From contig JABGRK010000016.1 in assembly GCA_018648325.1 (NCBI GenBank), positions 9,338-73,337 of the forward strand: DNA of 64,000 nt, in the 5' to 3' direction. This document shows, piece after piece, positions 32,971 to 43,292 of this stretch (position 1 is its first letter; each line of letters opens with the position of its first letter). This stretch comes from Chloroflexota bacterium. GTDB lineage: Bacteria > Chloroflexota > Dehalococcoidia > JABGRK01. Both the position numbers and the translations under genes were made by a program. The notes beneath the pieces were generated by a model, which saw only the letters and a program-made list of their open reading frames with translations, did not search any database and was not told the DNA's origin.

Positions 32971-33711
32971 ATGCTACTTTCAGATGTCGCTTCGGGCAAG
33001 CTAAATATCGAGGGAGCACTGGAGGGCCTGCGCAACCTGCCGTATGAGGATATAGGTTTTGCCAAGCTGGACCATCATCGGGAACTACGCCGTGATTTCC
33101 CTGAGGTAGTGTTTGGGCAAGGCAAAACGAACGAGCAGATTACAGCGATTGTCGAAAAGATGGCGGCTTCATCGGACAGGGTTTTGGTTACCCGCGCCAG
33201 TGCCGAATCATATGAAGAGGTCGTAAAAGTCGTTTCTGATGCTGTGTATAATGATGTGTCCCGTACAATAATTGTCAATCGCATGAAAAGTCAGCCTGCA
33301 CGAGAAGGAATTATGGTGCTTAGCGCTGGCACTGCCGATCTGCCTGTTGCCGAGGAAGCAGCGGTTACCGCTGAGCTTATGGGCAACAAGATTGATCGTG
33401 GTTATGATGTGGGTGTTGCCGGTATCCATCGCCTGTTTGATCATCTTCCAAGGTTGCGTAAATCAAAAGTTATCGTGGTTGTTGCAGGTATGGAGGGTGC
33501 ATTGCCGGGTGTGGTAAGCGGACTATTGTCTGTGCCGGTTATTGCCGTGCCTACCAGCTGTGGTTACGGCACCAGCTTTGGTGGGGTTGCACCGTTGCTG
33601 ACCATGCTCAACAGTTGTTCCCCCGGAGTGTCGGTGGTTAATATTGATAACGGCTTTGGTGCCGGATATCTGTCGTCATTGATAAATCGTGGCCATAATA
33701 GTAAGGAATAA
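32971..33711 (+). CDS. larB: PurE-like NCAIR-mutase-family protein, LarB type (nickel-pincer cofactor biosynthesis)
   Basis: The N-terminal LPYEDIGFAKLDHHRELRRDFPEVVFGQGKT and the PurE-like fold (VLSAGTADLPVAEEA, VVVAGMEGALPGVV) match LarB as remembered. Confidence 0.75.
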   Translation: MLLSDVASGKLNIEGALEGLRNLPYEDIGFAKLDHHRELRRDFPEVVFGQGKTNEQITAIVEKMAASSDRVLVTRASAESYEEVVKVVSDAVYNDVSRTIIVNRMKSQPAREGIMVLSAGTADLPVAEEAAVTAELMGNKIDRGYDVGVAGIHRLFDHLPRLRKSKVIVVVAGMEGALPGVVSGLLSVPVIAVPTSCGYGTSFGGVAPLLTMLNSCSPGVSVVNIDNGFGAGYLSSLINRGHNSKE

Positions 33712-33829
33712 ACGTAGTGCACTAGTCGGATCACACATTTGGAAATAGACTATTGTTGCACGTTTGTGCTAAAGTTGCCTAAAATGATTTTTGACTTGTT
33801 AGTACAGAGTATATTTTGGAGGAACCCTT

Positions 33830-34621
33830 GTGTTACTGACCATTGATGTAGGAAATACAAATGTAAAAATTGGAGTCTTTAAAGGTGAGGAACTGCGTGC
33901 CACGTGGAATCTTTTCACTGATGTCTACAAGACTGCTGATGAGTACACTGCGTTATTGCGTAATCTGCTTGCCGGGTCAGATCTTACCATGGACGATATC
34001 AATGGCGCCATTGTTTCCTGCGTTGCGCCGCAATTGCTCTATATCTTTGAGGGTTTGTGCAGGCGTTCATTTGGATTTAATCCACTGATAGTTGGTGCGG
34101 GCATCAGGACGGGTGTAAAGCTTAATTACGACAACCCACGAGAAGTTGGTGCCGACAGGGTTGTAAATGCCGTTGGTGCTCATCACCTGTACAAGGGTCA
34201 GTTGATCGTTATTGATTTTGGCACCGCTACCTCGCTGGAGGTGGTATCGGCAGATGGCGATTTTCTTGGTGGAGCGGTAGCTCCCGGAATAGGCATTTCA
34301 GCAGAGGCTTTGTTTAAGCAAACCGCCATGTTGCCCAGAGTAGAGTTACACAGCCCCGAAAAAGCCATTGGCAAAAACACCGTTGCTGCCATGCAGTCCG
34401 GCCTTATCTTTGGTTATGTTGGTCTGATAGAAGGACTGGTCGGGCGTATGAAGCAGGAGCTGGATGGTGATGTAACGGTTGTTGCCACCGGAGGGCTGTC
34501 AACTACCATTGCCAGGGAGACCGATGTGATTGATGAAGTGGCTCCTGATCTGACACTGGTAGGACTTAGATTGATATATGAGCTTAACGTGCACCATCCT
34601 CAGCGTAAGAGGAGTGGATAG
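33830..34621 (+). CDS. coaX: type III pantothenate kinase
   Basis: LLTIDVGNTNVKIG, GADRVVNAV and VIDFGTATS motifs. GTG start with GGAGGA RBS. Confidence 0.9.
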   Translation: MLLTIDVGNTNVKIGVFKGEELRATWNLFTDVYKTADEYTALLRNLLAGSDLTMDDINGAIVSCVAPQLLYIFEGLCRRSFGFNPLIVGAGIRTGVKLNYDNPREVGADRVVNAVGAHHLYKGQLIVIDFGTATSLEVVSADGDFLGGAVAPGIGISAEALFKQTAMLPRVELHSPEKAIGKNTVAAMQSGLIFGYVGLIEGLVGRMKQELDGDVTVVATGGLSTTIARETDVIDEVAPDLTLVGLRLIYELNVHHPQRKRSG

Positions 34622-35814
34622 TGCTAAAAGGTAAGAACATAATACTTGGTGTGACCGGTAGCATATCCGTATATAAGGCTGTCGATTTTGCCAGCAAGCT
34701 TGTACAGGCAGGTGCGGTGGTGGATGTGGTAATGACCAAGGCTGCCACTGAGTTTGTAAAACCCATATCCTTTAGCAGCCTGACCCAGCGTCCTGTTAGT
34801 ACTGAGATGTTTCCTGATAAAATCGACTACGATATAGCTCACATATCGCTTTCGGACAGGGCTGATTTGATAGTAATCTGTCCGGCGACAGCCAATACTA
34901 TTGCCAAGCTGGCAAACGGCATAGCCGACGATATGCTCAGTAGCACAGTGCTGGCCACCGAGGCTCCTGTGATTATTGCCCCGGCAATGAACTATCGTAT
35001 GTATCGCAATGAGGTGACCCAGCAGAATATCGATAAACTAAAAGGCAGAGGGTTTACCTTTATCGGTCCCGCCACGGGGCGATTGGCAAGCGGTGCCGTG
35101 GGCAAGGGACGCCTTGTTGATATAAAAGACGTGATGGGTGCAGCAAAGCAGGTGTTGGGTAGAGGCGGCGATTTGGCTGGTAAAAAAGTTGTGGTAACCG
35201 CGGGTGGCACGCAGGAGCCCATCGATCCGGTTCGTCGTGTGAGCAATCGCTCCTCCGGCAAGATGGGTTATGCTATTGCCGAGGCGGCGCGCGACCGTGG
35301 AGCCAGCGTTGTACTGGTCAGCGCTCCTACATCACTGAGTGCTCCGTATGGAGTTGAGCTTGTTTCTATTCAAACCGCTTCTCAGATGCACGATGCAGTG
35401 GTTAAGGCTGTAGACGGTTGTGACGTCCTGATTATGGCTGCGGCGGTTGCAGACTATCGCCCCAAAAATATAGCAGACAGCAAGATAAAAAAGAGCGCCG
35501 ATTCTTTGAGCATTGAGATGGAAAAAACAACAGATATTCTAAGCGATGTAAGTGCTTCGGTTAAGATTGGTTTTGCCGCTGAGAGCGATGATCTGGAAAG
35601 CAATGCACAGCAGAAACTGGCTAAAAAGAATCTGGACTTCATTGTTGCCAACGATATTACTACTGCAGGCAGCGGTTTTGATGTCGATACCAACGAAGTA
35701 ATTATTATAGATAAAAGTGGGCAAAAAACAAAACTTCCTCTGATGCCCAAAATTGATGTTGCCCATAAAATACTTGATCGCGTGGCGGCTTTAGTTTCCA
35801 AACCGACAACCTAG
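34621..35814 (+). CDS. coaBC: bifunctional phosphopantothenoylcysteine decarboxylase / phosphopantothenate-cysteine ligase
   Basis: N-terminal flavoprotein (GVTGSISVYKA, PATANTIAKLANG). C-terminal CoaB (NRSSGKMG, AAVADYRP). GTG start overlaps the coaX stop. Confidence 0.9.
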   Translation: MLKGKNIILGVTGSISVYKAVDFASKLVQAGAVVDVVMTKAATEFVKPISFSSLTQRPVSTEMFPDKIDYDIAHISLSDRADLIVICPATANTIAKLANGIADDMLSSTVLATEAPVIIAPAMNYRMYRNEVTQQNIDKLKGRGFTFIGPATGRLASGAVGKGRLVDIKDVMGAAKQVLGRGGDLAGKKVVVTAGGTQEPIDPVRRVSNRSSGKMGYAIAEAARDRGASVVLVSAPTSLSAPYGVELVSIQTASQMHDAVVKAVDGCDVLIMAAAVADYRPKNIADSKIKKSADSLSIEMEKTTDILSDVSASVKIGFAAESDDLESNAQQKLAKKNLDFIVANDITTAGSGFDVDTNEVIIIDKSGQKTKLPLMPKIDVAHKILDRVAALVSKPTT

Positions 35815-35881
35815 TTTTTTTCTTTCAAAAAATCCGAGCATTTTTGTTGTGATATTATGCCCCTCCAGCTTTGATTTAGAC

Positions 35882-35911
35882 TTGACCACAGACCTTTGCG
35901 AGAGCTATACT
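35882..35911 (+). promoter_or_regulatory. candidate sigma70 promoter of the pur operon
   Basis: TTGACC (35882..35887), 18 nt, TATACT (35906..35911). Confidence 0.4.
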
Positions 35912-35970
35912 TATATTGGATAACAAGTCGGATTTGCGATTTTTTTAAGGGTGGTCAGCTTAAAGCGTAA

Positions 35971-37368
35971 ATGCATGAATCGTGCGGAATATTTGGTGTC
36001 TATGCGCCCGGTGAGGATGTAGCCAGACTCACCTTCTTCGCACTATACGCTCTTCAGCACAGGGGTCAGGAGAGCGCTGGTATCGCCACAGCTGATGGTC
36101 AGCGCATCCACGTACACACTAGCATGGGACTTGTAGGGCAGATTTTTGATGAGCCCACACTGGGACGCCTCTTTGGGGACATGGCTATCGGCCATAACCG
36201 TTATTCCACCACAGGATCAAGCCATCTTGCCAATGCACAACCTATTGTCGTTGAGAGTTCTCTTGGGCAAATGGCGCTTGCGCATAATGGCAATCTGATT
36301 AATGCAGAGTACCTGCGACAAGAGCTAAAAGATAAGGGATATACCTTTAACACCTCTACTGATTCTGAGGTTATAGCGCACTTAATTGCGTCCTCCCCTG
36401 AAAAGACGTGGGCGGATAAAATAAGGTCTACCATGCGCCGTCTGATTGGGGCATATTGCCTTGTTATTATGACCCCGGACAAGTTGTTCGGCGTTCGTGA
36501 CCCGCTTGGTGTGCGTCCGATGAGTCTGGGTAAGATAAACGGGCACTGGATGATTGCATCGGAAAGCTGCGCGCTTGACCATCTGGGCGTATATTCCACA
36601 CGCGAAATTGATCCCGGTGAAATACTTCAGATCAGTTCTGAAGGACTTAAAAGCTACAAAGAGACATCAAAAAAACATGCCTTTTGTGTGTTTGAATACA
36701 TATACTTTGCCCGGCCAGACAGTGTGATAAAGGATCGCTTGCTATATACAACGCGTGAAGCGATGGGGGCGCAACTGGCCATAGAACATCCGGTTGATGC
36801 TGACCTTGTTATAGGGGTTCCCGATTCGGCCACGGCTGCTGGCATAGGCTACGCACGTCAATCGGGTATTCCAGTTAGTGAGGGGCTGCTTAAAAACAGA
36901 TATGTAGGACGTACCTTTATCGAGCCTGATCAACGGATCAGGGATCTGGGTGTACGTATAAAGTTTAATCCATTGCCACGGGTAATTGAGGGCAAGCGTC
37001 TGGTTGTCATTGACGACAGCATAGTACGCGGTACTACCACACCGCACGTTGTTAGTATGCTCAGAAGAGCGGGTGCAAAAGAAGTCCATTTGCGTATCTG
37101 CGCCCCACCACTGCGGCATCCATGCTTTTTGGGTGTAGACATGGCTACCAAGGGTGAGCTGATAGCGGCCCAGAAGACGGTTGAGGAAATAGCCGAACAC
37201 ATTGGGGCTGATTCGTTGGGCTATCTGAGTGTAGATGGATTACTTAAGGCAGTGGGCATAACCAATAGCGAGTTATGCCTGGCCTGTTTTACTGGCGATT
37301 ATCCTGTACCCGTCCAGCTTGAAATGGATAAACTGGCGCTGGAATCAGACGATAACCTTTCTGCATAA
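35971..37368 (+). CDS. purF: amidophosphoribosyltransferase
   Basis: MHES-CGIFG Ntn nucleophile, PRPP motif VVIDDSIVRGTT, C-terminal Cys ligands. Confidence 0.95.
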   Translation: MHESCGIFGVYAPGEDVARLTFFALYALQHRGQESAGIATADGQRIHVHTSMGLVGQIFDEPTLGRLFGDMAIGHNRYSTTGSSHLANAQPIVVESSLGQMALAHNGNLINAEYLRQELKDKGYTFNTSTDSEVIAHLIASSPEKTWADKIRSTMRRLIGAYCLVIMTPDKLFGVRDPLGVRPMSLGKINGHWMIASESCALDHLGVYSTREIDPGEILQISSEGLKSYKETSKKHAFCVFEYIYFARPDSVIKDRLLYTTREAMGAQLAIEHPVDADLVIGVPDSATAAGIGYARQSGIPVSEGLLKNRYVGRTFIEPDQRIRDLGVRIKFNPLPRVIEGKRLVVIDDSIVRGTTTPHVVSMLRRAGAKEVHLRICAPPLRHPCFLGVDMATKGELIAAQKTVEEIAEHIGADSLGYLSVDGLLKAVGITNSELCLACFTGDYPVPVQLEMDKLALESDDNLSA

Positions 37369-37389
37369 AAAAGGTCGGGAGGTCAAGAG

Positions 37390-38409
37390 TTGGCGCAGGA
37401 AATGAGCAAATATGCTGCGGCCGGGGTTAATATTGATGCCGGCAATGAAGCGGTAAATCGTATCAAAAAACATGCCCGTTCCACCTTTAACTCCAATGTT
37501 ATTACAGACCTCGGTTTCTTCGGCGGGCTCTATCAATTACCCGATGATAGCAATAAAGTCCTTGTTTCCAGTGCAGACGGTGTTGGTACCAAGCTGAAGA
37601 TTGCTATAGCGCTAAACAAGCACGATACAGTGGGTATAGATATCGTAAACCACTGTATAAATGATATTTTCACCTGCGGTGCGCACCCACTTTTTTTCAT
37701 GGACTATCTGGCGGTTGCCAAACTTGACCCTGCTCAAGCCGAAAGCATTGTAAGTGGACTTGCATCTGCCTGCCGCGACTCAGGTATTGCGCTTCTCGGG
37801 GGAGAGACGGCCGAGCTGCCTGCTATGTACGCAGATGGTGATTATGACCTGGCCGGGTTTGTGCTTGGTTTAGTCGAAAAAGATAAAGTTATAAACGGTT
37901 CTGGAATCAAATCGGGCGATGTGATATTTGGGTTGCCCTCAAATGGGTTGCATACCAATGGCTATTCGCTGGTACGCAGTATATTCGGGGAAGACCCCAA
38001 GGATTTGAACAAGGTTTATCCCGAGTTGGGGCGAACTTTGGGAGAAGCGCTGCTTGAGCCTCACCGTTGTTATTTCAAGGACGTCAAGCCTGTTTTGCCG
38101 CACATCAAGGGTATGGCACACATAACGGGCGGTGGCCTGCTGGAAAACGTTCCCCGCATATTACCCGATGGGCTTGCGGCTCACATTAAATCGGGTGCAT
38201 GGCAGGTATTGCCCATATTCGATCTTATACGCAGGACGGGTGATGTCAGTATGGACGAGATGTACCGCGTATTCAACATGGGATTGGGTATGGCGATTGT
38301 TTGCTCGCCCCAGGATGTCGATAAAGTAAAAACGGCAATACCCGGGGCTCTGGTTGTGGGAGAAATCCTTGAGTCGAAAAACCCCGATACCAAAATTACG
38401 ATAGATTAA
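37390..38409 (+). CDS. purM: phosphoribosylformylglycinamidine cyclo-ligase (AIR synthetase)
   Basis: YAAAGVNIDAG, SADGVGTKL and NDI..GA.PLFF motifs. TTG start with GGGAGG RBS. Confidence 0.95.
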   Translation: MAQEMSKYAAAGVNIDAGNEAVNRIKKHARSTFNSNVITDLGFFGGLYQLPDDSNKVLVSSADGVGTKLKIAIALNKHDTVGIDIVNHCINDIFTCGAHPLFFMDYLAVAKLDPAQAESIVSGLASACRDSGIALLGGETAELPAMYADGDYDLAGFVLGLVEKDKVINGSGIKSGDVIFGLPSNGLHTNGYSLVRSIFGEDPKDLNKVYPELGRTLGEALLEPHRCYFKDVKPVLPHIKGMAHITGGGLLENVPRILPDGLAAHIKSGAWQVLPIFDLIRRTGDVSMDEMYRVFNMGLGMAIVCSPQDVDKVKTAIPGALVVGEILESKNPDTKITID

Positions 38410-38435
38410 ATTTGAATTTTAAACGGAGGTGATGT

Positions 38436-39959
38436 ATGAAGGCGATTCTTAGCGTATCCAATAAAGCCGGACTGGTAGATTTTGCTAAAGGACTGGAAAA
38501 ATTAAACGTTGATATTTACAGCACCGGTGGTACCAAAAAGGCTTTGTCAGATGCTGGTGTTAAGGTGCACAGTGTTTCGGACCTCACTGGTTTCCCGGAA
38601 ATACTGGATGGCCGTGTGAAAACATTGCATCCCATGGTGCATGGTGGAATTCTGGCCAGACGCGATAAACCCGACCATATGAAGGAACTTGATAGTAATA
38701 AGATAGACCCTATTGATATGGTGGTGGTCAATCTTTATCCGTTTGTGCAGACCGTGGCCAAGCCCGATGTCACACTTGCCGATGCGCTGGAAAACATAGA
38801 TATTGGCGGGCCTACCATGATTCGGGCGTCTGCCAAGAATCACCCCAGCGTACTGGTTGTAGTAGACCCGTCCGATTATGATAATGTGCTTGAACTGCTG
38901 GGTAAGGGCGAAGTGCCTGCCGATGAGCGTAAGAAGCTGGCACAGAAGGCATATCAGCACACCGCCACCTATGACACGGCCATCTCTCAGTATCTGTTAG
39001 GTGATGAAAGTTTGCCCGATGACATGACTATTGCGCTTAAGAAGAAATACGATCTGCGTTATGGCGAAAACTCGCACCAGAAGGCAGCGTTTTATGAGGA
39101 ACAGGTTGTTGGTGGAGCCGAGCAGACCGGCATTATTTCCGCCGAGCAATTGTGGGGCAAGGCGCTATCGTTTAACAACATACTTGATGCCGATGCGGCG
39201 TGGAGTACTGCCACAGATTACCCCGACCCTACCGTTTCCGTAGTGAAACATACCAACTCCTGCGGACTGGCCTCACATCCGGTGCTGGTTGAAGCCTACA
39301 AGCGGGCGTACTCCGGTGATACGGTTTCCGCCTTTGGCGGCATATGTGCCATCAATCGCAAGGTTGATCTGGCCACCGCACAGGAGATATACAAGAACTT
39401 CTACGAGATAGTAATTGCACCTGCTTATAATGACGATGCACTTGAGTATCTCAAGAAGAAGAAGGATCTTCGCATCCTGCTGGCCAAACCGTCAGACTTC
39501 AAGGGATATGACTTTCGCCGTGTTGAGGGCGGAATGCTGGTACAGGATGCTGATATTTATCCTGAGGATAAGCTTGAGATCACAACGGCGACCAAGCGCC
39601 AGCCCACCGAGCAGGAGTTAAAGGATTTGATTTTCGCCTTCAGGGCAGTAAAACATATTAAGTCCAACGCTATCGTGTTTGCCAAAGAGCAGACCTTGCT
39701 GGGCATGGGTGCCGGACAGCCCAACCGCGTTATCAGCGTTGAGTTATCGTTCAAGCTGTCAGGTGATGCGGCCAAGGGAGCTGTGATGGCTTCAGACGCC
39801 TTCTTCCCGTTCCCGGATTGTGTTGATCTTGCACATAACGCGGGAATCACCGCCATTATCCAGCCGGGCGGATCGATGAATGACAAGGCTTCTATTGAGG
39901 CTGCCGATAAGTATGGTATGGCAATGGTATTTACCGGAATCAGGCATTTCAGGCACTAG
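38436..39959 (+). CDS. purH: bifunctional AICAR transformylase / IMP cyclohydrolase
   Basis: MGS-like N-terminus (ILSVSNKAGL, GRVKTLHP) and transformylase part (VKHIKSNAIV, GGSMND). Confidence 0.95.
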   Translation: MKAILSVSNKAGLVDFAKGLEKLNVDIYSTGGTKKALSDAGVKVHSVSDLTGFPEILDGRVKTLHPMVHGGILARRDKPDHMKELDSNKIDPIDMVVVNLYPFVQTVAKPDVTLADALENIDIGGPTMIRASAKNHPSVLVVVDPSDYDNVLELLGKGEVPADERKKLAQKAYQHTATYDTAISQYLLGDESLPDDMTIALKKKYDLRYGENSHQKAAFYEEQVVGGAEQTGIISAEQLWGKALSFNNILDADAAWSTATDYPDPTVSVVKHTNSCGLASHPVLVEAYKRAYSGDTVSAFGGICAINRKVDLATAQEIYKNFYEIVIAPAYNDDALEYLKKKKDLRILLAKPSDFKGYDFRRVEGGMLVQDADIYPEDKLEITTATKRQPTEQELKDLIFAFRAVKHIKSNAIVFAKEQTLLGMGAGQPNRVISVELSFKLSGDAAKGAVMASDAFFPFPDCVDLAHNAGITAIIQPGGSMNDKASIEAADKYGMAMVFTGIRHFRH

Positions 39960-39975
39960 GACTAAAAGGAGTCAC

Positions 39976-41040
39976 ATGTCAGGTATTGCTGATCTTGACA
40001 CCATTATGGATAGTTTAGGGGCGGAGGAAAAAGCGATTTTTCTCCGCCTTTTCCACGTACATTCGACGGTGGGGCAGATACGTCCTCCTTATACAATGCA
40101 TGATTGGATAAAGAATCAATTTGGCTCTGTCGAACAAACGCTTGAGCAAAAGGTCATCAGAGTCACCAACCTCGTTACATTAGAAGAGTCGTTGTTCAAT
40201 AAACTGCGTGCAGACCGTCCCATATCGGAGGCAGTAAATCACGGTAAGATTGATGTTGGTGATAACGATCCATTTCATGATCCACTGGCAAATACCCCTG
40301 AGGATGTCTTTGGTCGTATTAAGGGCAAGTATTGCGTTACCGCCAGTAATGTGGCCAAATATGATGGACTGCATGGCGTAATTGTCTTCGACGAAGCCGA
40401 CCCACTTAAGTTTACTGCCGGGCAGGTGGTCGACTATATAGATACCGGCACCAAATGGGCCAAGCGAGCCCACGAAGTTGACGCGGATGCCAAATACTAC
40501 TTTTTCATGTGGAATTGCCTGGCAAAAGCGGGGGCTTCTCTTGTGCACGGGCATACGCAGGTGGCACTGAGCCGGCATATGCACTACGCCAAAATAGAGC
40601 GCTTACGCCGCGCCGCGCTGGCCTACGAGTCTGAGCATGGCTCTGATTACTTTGACGATTTGTACAAAGCGCATGAGTCTGTAGGTTGTGGCATTGAGCG
40701 CGATGACGTTCGTATTCTTTCTCATCTGACGCCGGTAAAGGAAAAAGAGGTTGTGCTGATGGCTCCAACGCTTAACGACGCTCTTAAGTCAGCAGTGTAT
40801 ACGGCCTTAAGTTGCCTGCGGGATAATCTTGGTACAAGTTCTTTTAATCTGGTCATTCAGATGCCGCCTATTGCTGAGGTGGATGAGGACTGGAGTTGTT
40901 TTCCTGTGATGGTACGCATCGTCGACCGTGGTAATCCGGACAGTAAGGTATCTGATATGGGGGCTATGGAGCTATACGGGGCCAGCGTTATAACCAGTGA
41001 TCCTTTTGAGGTGGCACGTGCGCTGAAGGATTGTTTTTAG
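39976..41040 (+). CDS. GalT/HIT-superfamily-like putative nucleotidyltransferase
   Basis: FFMWNCLAKAGASLVHGHTQV resembles the H-x-H-x-Q nucleotidyl-transfer motif of GalT-like enzymes. AAAGGAG RBS before ATG 39976. Confidence 0.55.
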   Translation: MSGIADLDTIMDSLGAEEKAIFLRLFHVHSTVGQIRPPYTMHDWIKNQFGSVEQTLEQKVIRVTNLVTLEESLFNKLRADRPISEAVNHGKIDVGDNDPFHDPLANTPEDVFGRIKGKYCVTASNVAKYDGLHGVIVFDEADPLKFTAGQVVDYIDTGTKWAKRAHEVDADAKYYFFMWNCLAKAGASLVHGHTQVALSRHMHYAKIERLRRAALAYESEHGSDYFDDLYKAHESVGCGIERDDVRILSHLTPVKEKEVVLMAPTLNDALKSAVYTALSCLRDNLGTSSFNLVIQMPPIAEVDEDWSCFPVMVRIVDRGNPDSKVSDMGAMELYGASVITSDPFEVARALKDCF

Positions 41041-41810
41041 CTCTGGTAATTCTGTGGTCTTCTCAGTTCATCCAGGAACTGTACCGATTTAACCTCACGC
41101 TCTAAAATGTACGTGATATAGCTGCGCATTATGGCCTCAAGTTCTTTGGACAGACCTTCGTTTAGCTTTACTCTGCTTGCCTGCTGGTAGCTGCTTTGTT
41201 GAAGCAGCCGCATTACTTTGAGCGCGTTAAGCGAGAGTGGCCTTACTGCGGGTTCGGCAAGCCTGCATGCGGGGCATAAAGTTCCGCCGCCGCTGGCACT
41301 GAAGTAGTTTTCAACCGGTTCAAGCGCTTTTTTGCAATGTATGCACGTTTTAAGTTCAGGTTTGTATCCCAGATATCCCAGAAGACGTATCTCAAAGTGG
41401 CGCAGCAGACGGTTTACATCTTCCTCTTCAATTATGTTTTTAATGGTGTCTAGCAGCAGTCTGTAAACAGGGTAGTTTTCGATGTGCTCCTCGGTGAATC
41501 GGTCCACCAGTTCTGCGGTATAAAGGGCACAACTGGTGCGCCACAGGTCGCTGCGCAATGGCAGAAAACTGTCTATGGTCTGGCTTTGGGTGATGATATC
41601 CAGATTGCGGCCCTGTGCTAGCATCATTGAGCTATGGATAAGTGTTTCCACATTACCTCCCAGCTTGCTCTTGGATCTTCTTACTCCCTTGGCAACCGCC
41701 CTGATTTTGCCGAGATTTGGGGTATAGATGACGAGGATTTTATCAGCCTCGCCCAGATTGCTTCGTTTTAAAACTATAGCTTCGGTTTTATAGACTCGTG
41801 GTTTGGCCAT
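41037..41810 (-). CDS. recO: DNA repair protein RecO
   Basis: N-terminal OB (EAIVLKRSNLGEADKIL) and Zn motif CIHCKK..CPAC. Confidence 0.9.
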   Translation of the reverse strand: MAKPRVYKTEAIVLKRSNLGEADKILVIYTPNLGKIRAVAKGVRRSKSKLGGNVETLIHSSMMLAQGRNLDIITQSQTIDSFLPLRSDLWRTSCALYTAELVDRFTEEHIENYPVYRLLLDTIKNIIEEEDVNRLLRHFEIRLLGYLGYKPELKTCIHCKKALEPVENYFSASGGGTLCPACRLAEPAVRPLSLNALKVMRLLQQSSYQQASRVKLNEGLSKELEAIMRSYITYILEREVKSVQFLDELRRPQNYQS

Positions 41811-41826
41811 CCGTCCTCGATTTATA

Positions 41827-42336
41827 TCAGGATGTGGGTATGCTCATCTGATCAGCTATTTCGATAATGCGGTCGGGGTTTTCCGTAGAAAATATCAGTA
41901 TTTTTGATTTACCAGTTTTCAAAGCTAATTCAATTTGGGGATTTTTCATGAGATTGTACGCGCGTACCCATGTTCCATCCCTGCGGGTGAAGTACAGTCC
42001 TATTCCGCCGGAGCTTTTGGATTGGTCGCTCACATTTGTGCATTTTCCAACGTTTTCCCATGCAACCACACTTTTGAACATGCCGTAGCGTAACGTAATT
42101 GCGCTTGATGTTACTGCTATACTTAGCTTTTTAAAGTTAATGAATAGTATTGTTACTGTCAGTGATAGCAAAAACATAATCAGGTAAAACCAGTTTGGGA
42201 TATTGCCGATGGTTGTTTTGAGGCTTAGATAGATATAGGCGGCCAGAAACATTAGTGTTATCACACCCATGATTATTATTATCTGTTTCATTACTCTGGG
42301 TGATGAGGTTTCTTCATAGAGGGCGTTTGTATCCAT
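41827..42336 (-). CDS. membrane protein with PH-like soluble domain, unknown function
   Basis: Two TM helices followed by a roughly 100-aa beta-rich domain. Sits between recR and recO. Confidence 0.55.
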   Translation of the reverse strand: MDTNALYEETSSPRVMKQIIIIMGVITLMFLAAYIYLSLKTTIGNIPNWFYLIMFLLSLTVTILFINFKKLSIAVTSSAITLRYGMFKSVVAWENVGKCTNVSDQSKSSGGIGLYFTRRDGTWVRAYNLMKNPQIELALKTGKSKILIFSTENPDRIIEIADQMSIPTS

Positions 42337-42366
42337 CCATCCTCCCGGACTTTGATCGGCAGTAGT

Positions 42367-42975
42367 TTAAAACTCCTGTCGACCCTCCAGCGCTCGTGTC
42401 AGTGTTATCTCGTCGGCGTACTCCAGATCGCCGCCGGCGGGCAGTCCCCGCGCAAGCCTTGTGACCCTGATGCCAAGTGGTGCGATGAGTCGTTGTATGT
42501 ACATGGCTGTTGCCTCGCCCTCTAGGTTGGGATTGGTGGCAAGGATTATTTCTTTGACATCATCATTTTGAATGCGCGTTAGCAGTTCTTTGATTTTTAG
42601 ATCGTCAGGTCCGATACCATCGGCAGGGGAGATAACGCCGTGCAATACATGGTATACGCCGCTATATTTCCTTGTGCGCTCGATAGCAAGTATGTCCAGA
42701 GGTTCTTCGACGATGCAGGTTATGGAATGGTCGCGCTGAGTGTTGTTGCAGATGCTACAGGGATCTGCAACAGTTATGTTTTGACACACTGAGCAGAGCA
42801 TGACGTTTTCTTTTACCGCCAGCACGGCTTCCGCCAATGCCCTGGCGTCACCTTCAGGCATACGCAACAGATAGTATGTAAGCCGCGCCGCACTTTTTGG
42901 ACCTATACCGGGCAGCTTATTGAACTCCTCGATAAGACGGGAGATGGGCTCTGGTGTAGATTGAAAATTTAACAA
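42367..42975 (-). CDS. recR: recombination protein RecR
   Basis: HhH (LPGIGPKSAARL), C4 zinc finger (CSVCQN..CSIC), Toprim domain. Confidence 0.95.
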   Translation of the reverse strand: MLNFQSTPEPISRLIEEFNKLPGIGPKSAARLTYYLLRMPEGDARALAEAVLAVKENVMLCSVCQNITVADPCSICNNTQRDHSITCIVEEPLDILAIERTRKYSGVYHVLHGVISPADGIGPDDLKIKELLTRIQNDDVKEIILATNPNLEGEATAMYIQRLIAPLGIRVTRLARGLPAGGDLEYADEITLTRALEGRQEF

Positions 42976-42992
42976 AACTACTTCCGTTTATT

Positions 42993-43292
42993 TTAAGTTA
43001 GCCCAGGTATATTAAATCCACCCATACGACTCTCTGACAGTTGCTGCGCCTTGCCGGATGCCTCGTTGATGGCGCTCATTATCAGATCTTCAAGCATCTC
43101 AACATCATCGGGATCGACTGCCTCTTTGCCGATTTTTATTGATTGTATTTTTTGATGTCCGTTCATTGTCACAGTCACGACTCCGCCGCCGGAGCTTGCC
43201 TCAACGGTTGCCGTTTCTAGTTCCTGCTGGGCTTTAGCAAGGTCTTTTTGCATCTGCTGCATCTGGCGCATCATGTTCTTGTTTACATTCAC
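42993..43292 (-). CDS. ybaB: YbaB/EbfC family nucleoid-associated protein
   Basis: 99 aa, MMRQMQQMQKDLAKAQQEL..GGGVVTVTMNG.. Lies in the canonical dnaX-ybaB-recR order. Confidence 0.9.
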   Translation of the reverse strand: MNVNKNMMRQMQQMQKDLAKAQQELETATVEASSGGGVVTVTMNGHQKIQSIKIGKEAVDPDDVEMLEDLIMSAINEASGKAQQLSESRMGGFNIPGLT

